A DNA stretch of 64,000 nucleotides, taken from positions 249,216 to 313,215 of the forward strand of contig JBAZKU010000001.1 of assembly GCA_041650615.1 (NCBI GenBank), given 5' to 3'. The notes under the pieces were generated by a model, which saw only the letters and a list, made by a program, of their open reading frames with translations, did no database searches and was not told the DNA's origin. Shown here one piece after another: positions 18,145 to 26,204 of this stretch (position 1 is the stretch's first letter; the number at the start of each line of letters is the position of its first letter). The DNA is from Minisyncoccota bacterium (GTDB lineage: Bacteria; Patescibacteriota; Minisyncoccia; Phycocordibacterales; UBA9973). A program made the position numbers and the translations under genes.

Positions 18145-19263
18145 CTATGGATTCTGTTCAAGAACAAAATCAATATTAAACGTTGTCCCATCGCTTTGAG
18201 CTTGGTTGATACCAGTTGCATCTGGGAATGACCAACTTAGATATACTTGCCCATTATCACCTCCATCTAATGGTCCTAAATCAACACCTGTTGCTAATTG
18301 AGCAAAAGTTTCTGGTGTTCCATTTACGAGCAATTTCAAATATTGGCTCATCTCTCCTTCTGTTGCTCCACCTGTTAGATCACCAGCTACAGATTCAGGT
18401 GAGTAAAGAGTATTTTCATTATCAACAACATTGCTGACTTTTAGCTTTAATGTTCCATTAATATTACCCTCATTTTGGTATTTAATTGTGGCAGTAGTCC
18501 CAGTATCAGTAGGTTTAATGTTTGTAATGTTAAACTGACCAGTTAAACCATCATCACACCAATAAGGTGCACTAGTAGTTGTATAACTTGCATTAACTTC
18601 TACTAAATCATGCTTTGTTTTAGAATTAACATCATTTTGATTCCAACTACCATCTTGTGTTGCTTGGAATTGAATCCTAAGAGCATCAATTTTAGCTTTA
18701 GTTGTAAAACCTAATGTATACAAATTAATATTTTCAATTACATCAGTATTAGCTGTTGGTAAAGCTAAATCAACAGTCTGCCAAGTAGAACCATCATAAA
18801 CTCTGATTCTTGCATCGTTTACACCAGTTCCTCGTTGCCATTCAAATTTAAGAGAAGCATCAGTTACGGTTGCTCCAGTTGGGATGTCTGCCATTGCAAA
18901 ATCTATAAATTCAAGCATATGCCAACCATCGTCTTGGGGGCCATCAGTAGGAGCTCCAAAAGATGTATACCAACCATAGTTACTTGTATAACTACTATCA
19001 TCACTAGCTGATAACATAGCTAATTCAGTAGGAGTTAGCTGATCTGTAACTGTACCCGTTGTATCTATAGTAACATCCTCTGGGTGTAGAGAATCCATAT
19101 CAGCTGTGGTTGCTTCAGGGCATTCTAATTGCAAGTTTAGGGAACCAGCGGTAATAGTGTTGCCTGTTGAAGTTTCAGTGTCACTGAAATATGCCAACGT
19201 TGCTCCTGTAGCAATTGCTCCAACAACTACCAATACCGCTAGACTTTTAATAATTTTTTTCAT
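18145..19263 (-). CDS. TasA/camelysin-like SipW substrate with inserted domain
   Basis: GATLAYFSDTETSTGNTITAGSLNL; C-terminal NQAQSDGTTFNIDFVLEQ. Confidence 0.85.
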   Translation of the reverse strand: MKKIIKSLAVLVVVGAIATGATLAYFSDTETSTGNTITAGSLNLQLECPEATTADMDSLHPEDVTIDTTGTVTDQLTPTELAMLSASDDSSYTSNYGWYTSFGAPTDGPQDDGWHMLEFIDFAMADIPTGATVTDASLKFEWQRGTGVNDARIRVYDGSTWQTVDLALPTANTDVIENINLYTLGFTTKAKIDALRIQFQATQDGSWNQNDVNSKTKHDLVEVNASYTTTSAPYWCDDGLTGQFNITNIKPTDTGTTATIKYQNEGNINGTLKLKVSNVVDNENTLYSPESVAGDLTGGATEGEMSQYLKLLVNGTPETFAQLATGVDLGPLDGGDNGQVYLSWSFPDATGINQAQSDGTTFNIDFVLEQNP

Positions 19264-19288
19264 AATAATTTATTCGTTAAGCGGTTAA

Positions 19289-19855
19289 TTATATTTGTGT
19301 AAGAGTAGCTGTTATACCAAAACCACAGCTATCACCTTGAATTTCATTTCCGACTGTATCAGGAATTTTATAACTCAATGTATAGTCTGCATCAGCTCCT
19401 GCACTAAGAGATCCTAGAGACAAGGGTGTAGAAAGACCAGCCAAAGAATTCCAACCATAAACAGTCACTGAATTATAATCAACTTTTACTTGCATGGTAG
19501 CACATAAATCACCTTCACCAGGACCACCAGTTGAGTCTCCCCCGGTTTGCTCAGGCTCAGTTAAACCATTATCATCATTTGATGTTTGAGTAACAGCAAA
19601 AGTTAAACTACCATCAATAGAACCAGCATTAGTAATTGTACCACTTACATCTTCACTACCACCTGGGACTACATTTGCAACTGTTATCACAGCAGTACCT
19701 GCTAAATCATTGTCATCAATTTTCAAATCCAAAGTTCCAGCAGAAATTGTATTTCCTGTGGAAGTCTCTGTATCACTAAACAAAGCTGTTGTTGCACTTA
19801 CTGCTACTACGGCTACAAGTGCGATAGCGCTCAAACTTAATATAATTTTTTTCAT
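19289..19855 (-). CDS. TasA/camelysin-like SipW substrate
   Basis: SATTALFSDTETSTGNTISAGTLDL, NVVPG, NAGSIDG, NEIQGD. Confidence 0.88.
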   Translation of the reverse strand: MKKIILSLSAIALVAVVAVSATTALFSDTETSTGNTISAGTLDLKIDDNDLAGTAVITVANVVPGGSEDVSGTITNAGSIDGSLTFAVTQTSNDDNGLTEPEQTGGDSTGGPGEGDLCATMQVKVDYNSVTVYGWNSLAGLSTPLSLGSLSAGADADYTLSYKIPDTVGNEIQGDSCGFGITATLTQI

Positions 19856-19870
19856 GATTTATTTATTCTT

Positions 19871-19893
19871 TGCGTTAGGCAAGACCTAACGCA
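19871..19893. repeat. REP-like hairpin
   Basis: TGCGTTAGG-CAAGA-CCTAACGCA shares TAGGCAAGACCTA with the RAYT flanks. Confidence 0.7.
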
Positions 19894-20016
19894 TAATTAA
19901 TTTAATAATAATTTTTTGTTTTTTAACCCTCGACCTTTTTTTTTGCTTTTAAAGTGCAAATGGAAACTTTTTATTGTTAAAAAGCTTGCATAAGTATTCT
20001 AAAAGCATTAATTTTT

Positions 20017-20066
20017 AAAAAACAAAAACCGCAAACCGAAAAAACTTTCGGACTGCGGTTTTTGTT
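20017..20066 (-). terminator. Intrinsic terminator-like hairpin upstream of the TasA-like operon
   Basis: AACAAAAACCGCA...TGCGGTTTTTGTT followed by a T-run on the minus strand. Confidence 0.55.
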
Positions 20067-20304
20067 CTTGTTGAGCAAACATTGATTTGTAAAATTTGCT
20101 TTTAACATAAATCAAATTCTTTATTTTTTTGTTCTTATCCTGGTATCTTCGCGTATTCTTGGCTCCCGGCAAGAATTTTGATTTATTCCCATACTTAATT
20201 ATATGGGTCTAACATTACCTGCTACCCTTAAATATGTCAAACGTGCATCTGTGAATAAAAAGTGGATAAAAAGAGGCTATAATTACAAGGGTAGAAAGCT
20301 CAGT

Positions 20305-20360
20305 AATGGACACTAAATAAGGGAACTACTTTATAAAAAAGTAATTATTTAGTGTCCATT
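20305..20360. repeat. 16-bp perfect inverted repeat
   Basis: AATGGACACTAAATAA...TTATTTAGTGTCCATT. Confidence 0.6.
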
Positions 20361-20517
20361 GCCAAGCTTTCAAAAATCTTTTAGCAGTCTAGCACAAACT
20401 AGACACACTGTCAACAGTGTGTGCTAATAAAAAAACTAGAAAAACAACTTCCCTCTTTTGAAGTTGAAATGATACTTCATGAAAATTTACGAAGGATTAT
20501 CCTTCGTTTTTATTTGA

Positions 20518-21327
20518 TTATGTTAAAAGTTTTTTATTTTTTTCTTTCTTTAATTCTTTAATATGCTTTTCAGGTAATAAGTTTTCTGGAGTGGTTCCAC
20601 CAATATCTTTGATAGTTTGCCTAACTTTACCACCAACCATAAAATGAGCCCTTGATGCTTGGTCATCCCCTTTTATATTATCTTTTTTAATTTTTTCGCC
20701 AGTTTGTGTAATGCGAAATAAATTAGCAGCCAATTCGGTTGTCCCAGCTCTATCTAAAAGTTCTCCCTTTCTAATACCTTTCTTTGTTTCAATTTCATTT
20801 AATGGCATTCCATACAATCCCTTATACCCAGCATCATTAAATGATCCAAATTTAGTGACTCCTGCTCTTTTGGCAGTGCTAAAAAGTTTTTTATTTTCTA
20901 CTGTTACTTCGTCACGAATAAAAAGTCGCTTATTGGAAGCAGAAAGTTTTTCAAATACTTCTTGTTTCCTTGTTTGAACAGCAAAATACGTTTGAGCTAG
21001 TGCAATTTCTTGTTTATTTGGATCACCATTTTGTGCGATCAAATAACAAGCAAAACGGTCTAGTTTCCAATCTCTTACCTTTCTTATTGTTTTTGAGCCA
21101 ATTTCTACCATTTTCCCCAAAAGGTGAAAATGGTTATCCACATTCTGACCACTATTGACACATGCCCTTGCAGCTCTACCAATAACTTCCTCGGCTTTTT
21201 CCCATTTTAGATAACCCAAAAGAGGCATTAATTCGCGAGCTTGCCAATACTCAATGCCATTTTTATCAACTTTTTTTATATTTTCAAAACCCTTATTCAA
21301 AGAAACTTCTATAATTTTATCATTCAT
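20518..21327 (-). CDS. dinD: DNA damage-inducible protein D (Bro-N like); start reassigned to ATG 21327
   Basis: EYWQARELMPLLGY, LDRFACYLIAQNGDP, AQTYFAVQTR, ELAANLFRITQ. Confidence 0.9.
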   Translation of the reverse strand: MNDKIIEVSLNKGFENIKKVDKNGIEYWQARELMPLLGYLKWEKAEEVIGRAARACVNSGQNVDNHFHLLGKMVEIGSKTIRKVRDWKLDRFACYLIAQNGDPNKQEIALAQTYFAVQTRKQEVFEKLSASNKRLFIRDEVTVENKKLFSTAKRAGVTKFGSFNDAGYKGLYGMPLNEIETKKGIRKGELLDRAGTTELAANLFRITQTGEKIKKDNIKGDDQASRAHFMVGGKVRQTIKDIGGTTPENLLPEKHIKELKKEKNKKLLT

Positions 21328-21328
21328 A

Positions 21329-21454
21329 TTATTTAAATTTTCTCTTTGTAGCTTTTTTGGCCAGCATAAGATGCTTGATTGCCAATCTCTTTTTGGTTTT
21401 ATGAGAATGTCTTGATTTATTTTTTGGACTAAGGGTTGTTCCTCTTTTTGCCAT
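21329..21454 (-). CDS. Small basic protein, 41 aa (absent from the ORF track)
   Basis: MAKRGTTLSPKNKSRHSHKTKKRLAIKHLMLAKKATKRKFK; its stop is one base from the dinD ATG. Confidence 0.6.
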   Translation of the reverse strand: MAKRGTTLSPKNKSRHSHKTKKRLAIKHLMLAKKATKRKFK

Positions 21455-21738
21455 ATAATTATATTTTTGTTATTGAAATAATAATATTCATTATAACTTA
21501 AATTAACAAAAATTGCATTATTTGTTATATTTAGATAAATTGTTCTTTTTAACAATTTTCCCTCCCAGAAGATAAGTGAATACTACCTCGTTGCACGGCT
21601 TCCCCTACTCTCCTAAAGGGAAGCCTTTTTATTTTTTCTTTCATCCCTTGCTATTAATAATTATATATGTTATTATTAATACAATATAGTTCATTGTTAT
21701 AATCAAAAAAATCCATAACCAATAAGGAGAAAACACCC

Positions 21739-23556
21739 ATGGAAAAAAATTTTCCTGGATTAATTTATCTGTCTGCATTTATAGTTATATGGCTTATTGA
21801 TGGCCTTAAATTACTTATTGAATCATTTTGTCATGGTTCTCAACATAACGAATATGCTGGCGAACATAACAAAGTGACGGTAATTGTTGCCGCGCATAAC
21901 GAGGAGAATACAATTCTTAATACGATTAATTCTCTCTCTCACATTATTCCCCTACAAAATATCATTATTGTAGATGACGGTTCAAAAGACAAAACTGCAG
22001 AATTAGTGCGTACGCGTGCCCCGGAGATACTTCTAATCTTGACCACAAATAATGGCAAAGTAAAAGCTATTAATTATGCATTGAACCATGTCAAAACTCC
22101 GTATGTTTTATTAATGGATGCGGATACGGAATTTGAACCGGGATTTATTATCCCGACAAAGGCGCTTGAAGATAAACACGCTACAGCGGTTTCGTTTAAT
22201 GTTGTACCAACAGTAACTGGAAAAAGTTTTATGAACCGTTTTTGGCTGAATTTTCAATCTCACGAATATGCAAAATCCATGCAAATTGGAAAACGATTCA
22301 GTCATCCTACAAAATCTATTCACTGTATAAGCGGGGCAGCCGGACTTTTCCGGACAGAAAGATTAAAAGAGCTGGCTAAAAAACACACAACAATATTTCC
22401 AGGGGAAGATCTTGAGCGTACTTTACTTGAACTTTCTGCAAATGGCGATGTGATTTTTTCAGAAAATACTGTTTTTACAGACGTGCCTCAGACATTCTTT
22501 CAATTATGCCGGCAAAGGATTATCGGTTGGTGGCCGGGGCTATGGCGCAATATGTGGCTGTTTCTTAAGCTTATTATTAAACGCAAGGAGCCTTTTCGCC
22601 TCCGTTATGAATTAATTTATGAAATTTTTGCATTATTTACTAATCCCCTAAAAATTATTTCACTTGTTGTGATGATTTTAAAAGAGGAATGGTATTTAAT
22701 GTTTTTCATTTTCTGCAATTATCTTTTTTTAGAAATTTTTGTCTTTTTTAGGATAAAAAAACTAAATGGAAAGTATATGAAAATGGAAAGTCTTATAATA
22801 GGATCTTTTGCTCTTTATTCCTTGTTGCAAATGTTTTGTGTTGTGTGCGCATTTTTTGTATTTCTACACAAAAAACTTTTTTCCAAAGACTGGAAGAAAG
22901 TTGTGATGATAATGGTATTATTAATACCTTTTTTTTCACAAGCACAGGAGAAGGAAAAAGATTGGACTATTGATTATGGATACTCCCATATAAATGATCC
23001 CGGAAAAGACCGATCGTTTGAAAATCAACAATTATATGTTGGCTACAAAAATTTCTATATTGTTCATTCAACAATGCCATATAATATCGTAAATATTGGC
23101 GGATATTTTGGTTCTTTTATTGTTGATACTAGATATCAATGGCAAAGCAATGGAATTGCTGTAAAAGTTCAGTATGAACATTGGTTTGGAAATATTGTTC
23201 CGCATATTATTGCAGGATATGGAGTATCTGAACAAACGCCTTCGGTTTCTAACCCTTCGTTTCCCACCATAGGACTGGGCATAAACTATTACCTTGAAAG
23301 CGAATCAAGTATAGGTATTGATGCTATTAAAGAATTTGGTCGGGTATATGGATTAACATATATTGCTAAGGCTAAATTTGTAAAAAAACCTGTATGGGGA
23401 ATATTCGGCGTTTCTATTACAAACTCCGGACATACTGGGGTCTTTGGTCAAGTTGGGTATGAATGGTTTTATGTACATACAAACTACTATCAGCATTTTG
23501 ATTTCAATATATTTGATCGAAAAAGTGTTGGAATAGGATTAAAATTTGGTTTTTAG
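21739..23556 (+). CDS. GT2 glycosyltransferase fused to a C-terminal beta-strand-rich domain
   Basis: AAHNEE, VDDGSKD, GKVKAIN, DAD, GED, QRIIGW, TMs; then SQAQEKEK and an aromatic/Gly-rich domain ending in GLKFGF. Confidence 0.85.
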   Translation: MEKNFPGLIYLSAFIVIWLIDGLKLLIESFCHGSQHNEYAGEHNKVTVIVAAHNEENTILNTINSLSHIIPLQNIIIVDDGSKDKTAELVRTRAPEILLILTTNNGKVKAINYALNHVKTPYVLLMDADTEFEPGFIIPTKALEDKHATAVSFNVVPTVTGKSFMNRFWLNFQSHEYAKSMQIGKRFSHPTKSIHCISGAAGLFRTERLKELAKKHTTIFPGEDLERTLLELSANGDVIFSENTVFTDVPQTFFQLCRQRIIGWWPGLWRNMWLFLKLIIKRKEPFRLRYELIYEIFALFTNPLKIISLVVMILKEEWYLMFFIFCNYLFLEIFVFFRIKKLNGKYMKMESLIIGSFALYSLLQMFCVVCAFFVFLHKKLFSKDWKKVVMIMVLLIPFFSQAQEKEKDWTIDYGYSHINDPGKDRSFENQQLYVGYKNFYIVHSTMPYNIVNIGGYFGSFIVDTRYQWQSNGIAVKVQYEHWFGNIVPHIIAGYGVSEQTPSVSNPSFPTIGLGINYYLESESSIGIDAIKEFGRVYGLTYIAKAKFVKKPVWGIFGVSITNSGHTGVFGQVGYEWFYVHTNYYQHFDFNIFDRKSVGIGLKFGF

Positions 23557-23573
23557 AAACCAAAAGGAAAACG

Positions 23574-23603
23574 AGGCTGTCACTTCATTGTGACAGCCTT
23601 TTT
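23574..23603 (+). terminator. Intrinsic terminator
   Basis: AGGCTGTCAC-TTCATT-GTGACAGCCT followed by a T-run. Confidence 0.7.
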
Positions 23604-23654
23604 ATTTTAATCCCCTATTTGCCCAAATTTGCCCTTTGGGGTATAATATGGGGT

Positions 23655-24041
23655 ATGAAAAATAATATAGAAGGAGTGCAAGAACCTATTAAAAAACCCG
23701 AAGAAAAAGAGGCTGAAATAAATGAATACGCCAGAATAACAACAACTCTTTTCTTTGAGAATTTCTTAAAGGAAAATACCTCAAATATGGAAACTGAAAA
23801 TTTCGGAGCGGTTCATGTTAATTTAAAAAACGGAGTTAAGAAAATTGTTTTTGACTCGGAAAAAGAACTGGGAAGAGAATACTCGGAAAAATTGGCTGGC
23901 AGTATTTTATCTGTATTGAATTTCTATTTATGGCTTGTTAAAGAAGATGAAAAAAAGGATTCGGGAATTAAAGAAGGAGTAAAAGAATTTCTTTCGGAAT
24001 ACATAGCGGGAAAATCAACTGGTCTTGATTATAAATTATAA
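23655..24041 (+). CDS. Hypothetical protein
   Basis: Open frame; ATG 23655 lies 7 nt after TATAAT. Confidence 0.6.
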   Translation: MKNNIEGVQEPIKKPEEKEAEINEYARITTTLFFENFLKENTSNMETENFGAVHVNLKNGVKKIVFDSEKELGREYSEKLAGSILSVLNFYLWLVKEDEKKDSGIKEGVKEFLSEYIAGKSTGLDYKL

Positions 24042-24060
24042 TCAGGCACTAAAAAATAAC

Positions 24061-24152
24061 AAATAAAAAAGTCCTCCGATTTAAGTCGAAGGACTTTTGC
24101 TTTTTTGACATTCCCCCTTTTAAACTGCGGGAACTTTTTCTTTTTCCGATAA
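24061..24152. repeat. 92-bp identical direct repeat (second copy 25616-25707) covering the receiver 3' end and terminator
   Basis: Base-by-base identity between the two copies. Confidence 0.9.
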
Positions 24153-24521
24153 GACCCGATCAATTGTGGCTAAAAGATCAACAAGATCATACGGTTTGGT
24201 GATCATATCTCTAGCTCCTAATTTTTTTGACTCACAACAGTTTTTCAGGTCGCCAAAACCTGTTAACATAATGACTTTAATTTTAGGATTTATCAATTCT
24301 TCCTTGGAATTCTGAATAAATCTCAAAACTCCAAATCCATCAACCTTAGGCATCTTGATATCTAGTATTACCAAATCGAATGCCTCTCGTTTGAGGAAAT
24401 CAATCGCCTCTTCTCCATCGGCTGCCATTTGAACATAAAACCCCTCCGGAGAAAGTTCCGCTTCCAATATCACTCTTACATCTTCTTCATCATCCACAAC
24501 AAGAATCCTTGCGTTTTTCAT
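24120..24521 (-). CDS. Stand-alone response regulator receiver
   Basis: ILVVDDE, LVILDIKMPKVDG, MLTG, TKP. Confidence 0.93.
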   Translation of the reverse strand: MKNARILVVDDEEDVRVILEAELSPEGFYVQMAADGEEAIDFLKREAFDLVILDIKMPKVDGFGVLRFIQNSKEELINPKIKVIMLTGFGDLKNCCESKKLGARDMITKPYDLVDLLATIDRVLSEKEKVPAV

Positions 24522-24663
24522 GATTTTCTCTTCCTTTTGTTTAATTTATGAAAATAACTTTATTTTTATTCATTTTAACAACAAACAACCGCCAAGTCAA
24601 TTAACTTGTTTGGAATTGAAGAATAAAAATAACTTACTTCCACTCTTTCAAACTTAAATCCGT

Positions 24664-25521
24664 CTAATTTTTTGATTGATGAATAACTCTTTGAGGAAAG
24701 GGAATTTCTATATTTTCATTGTCAAAAGCCATCTTCAGGCGTTTTCTGAGTTCTCCGGCAACATCCCACTGTTTAATCGGTTTTGTCTCCCCGAGAATTT
24801 TTATAATAATTGCCGAATCGGCAAAATCATCAACTCGCAAAAATTGCGGCGGCTTGGTTATAAAATCTTTCCATTCCGGATCTTCACTAAGCTCTTTGCC
24901 CACTTTATTTACAACTGCGATAACCTTTTCCAAATTTGAATTATAAGCGATTCCAATATTTAAATTTACCCTTGAATAGTATTTGGTCAAATTTGAAACC
25001 TTTTTTATTTCTCCATGAGGCACGTGATGGACTGTTCCGTCCAAATCCCGAAGAGAAGTCATTCGCAGGCTGATATCTTCCACCAATCCGCAAGTCTGAT
25101 CAAAACAAACCACATCTCCTATTCTATATTGGTTTTCCAAAATAATAAAAAGGCCGGAAATAATATCACGAATCAAATACTGGCCTCCGAATCCAAAAGC
25201 AAGACCGGCAATTCCGGCAGCCGCCAAAATCGGACCTATTTCAATACCCAGTTCTTGGAGAATCATCAGCCCGGCTATCAAAAAGACCAATACGCTCACC
25301 GTACTGTTAATTATTTTTATAAGAGTATCCCCTCTTTGTTTCTCGGAATTCTTTGATAAAAACCGATTTGAAACAACCATTTTCCTTATGAATTTTTCTA
25401 TAAAAATATGACTGAATTTCCGTATTAAAAAAGACACGATAATAATACCCGCTATTTTTAAACCACTGGTTAAGACCCAAGCATTTATCGTATTTAATGA
25501 AATATTGTCAAATTCCGGCAT
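24664..25521 (-). CDS. Small-conductance mechanosensitive channel (MscS family)
   Basis: GLAFGFGGQYLIRDIISG, ENQYRIGD, IEIPFPQ. Confidence 0.95.
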   Translation of the reverse strand: MPEFDNISLNTINAWVLTSGLKIAGIIIVSFLIRKFSHIFIEKFIRKMVVSNRFLSKNSEKQRGDTLIKIINSTVSVLVFLIAGLMILQELGIEIGPILAAAGIAGLAFGFGGQYLIRDIISGLFIILENQYRIGDVVCFDQTCGLVEDISLRMTSLRDLDGTVHHVPHGEIKKVSNLTKYYSRVNLNIGIAYNSNLEKVIAVVNKVGKELSEDPEWKDFITKPPQFLRVDDFADSAIIIKILGETKPIKQWDVAGELRKRLKMAFDNENIEIPFPQRVIHQSKN

Positions 25522-25674
25522 TTGTTCATTATAACTTTATATTTGTATTTAACAACAGCTGAGTTTTCCACTGACTCTGAATTCAGGAGAGATTCCGGTT
25601 TATATTCCGGCAGGAAAATAAAAAAGTCCTCCGATTTAAGTCGAAGGACTTTTGCTTTTTTGACATTCCCCCTT

Positions 25675-26079
25675 TTAAACTGCGGGAACTTTTTCTTTTT
25701 CCGATAAAACTCGTTCAATTGTGACCAAAAGGTCAAGGGAGTCATATGGTTTATAGAGAATCTCTGCAACCCCTAAATTTTTCAAGGTTGTTACATCTTT
25801 CTGATTAAGGCAATAATAGCTTGACAGTATGATGGCCTTAATTTTTGAGTTTTGAAATTCTGTTTTGTTATTTTGAATAAACTCCAAAACTTCAAACCCA
25901 TCAACCTTTGGTAAAAAAGCTTCCAATATAATCAGATCAAAGGTCTCTTGTTGAAGAACATTAATCGCTTCTTCCCCGTCAGCTGCCATTTGAACCTTAT
26001 ACCCCTCACGAGAGAGTAAGGCATTTAATACTACCCTTATCCCTCCTTCATCTACAATAAGAACCCTTGTATCTTTCAT
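25675..26079 (-). CDS. Atypical receiver domain (phosphoacceptor Asp replaced by Glu)
   Basis: Paralog of 24120-24521; LIILEAFLPKVDG. Confidence 0.85.
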   Translation of the reverse strand: MKDTRVLIVDEGGIRVVLNALLSREGYKVQMAADGEEAINVLQQETFDLIILEAFLPKVDGFEVLEFIQNNKTEFQNSKIKAIILSSYYCLNQKDVTTLKNLGVAEILYKPYDSLDLLVTIERVLSEKEKVPAV

Positions 26080-26204
26080 GATTTTTTCTTCCTTTTATTT
26101 TATTTATGAAAATAACTTAAATTTAACTTACCTTAGCAACAAAAAATAAATTAGTCAATCAGACTATTTTAGTACAGCGCGCATAGCGTTTGGTTTCAGG
26201 AATT

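Noticed and set aside
19930-19940. AAAAGGTCGA motif upstream of two secreted-protein genes (also 49521-49530)
   Set aside because: Two occurrences at different spacings are too few to call a regulatory site
20250-20269. DnaA-box-like TGTGAATAA / AGTGGATAA as an origin
   Set aside because: Only two boxes (one imperfect) and no dnaA/dnaN context
21328-21555. 76-aa N-terminal extension of DinD in the ORF track
   Set aside because: Homology-like sequence begins at MNDKII, and a separate small ORF occupies another frame
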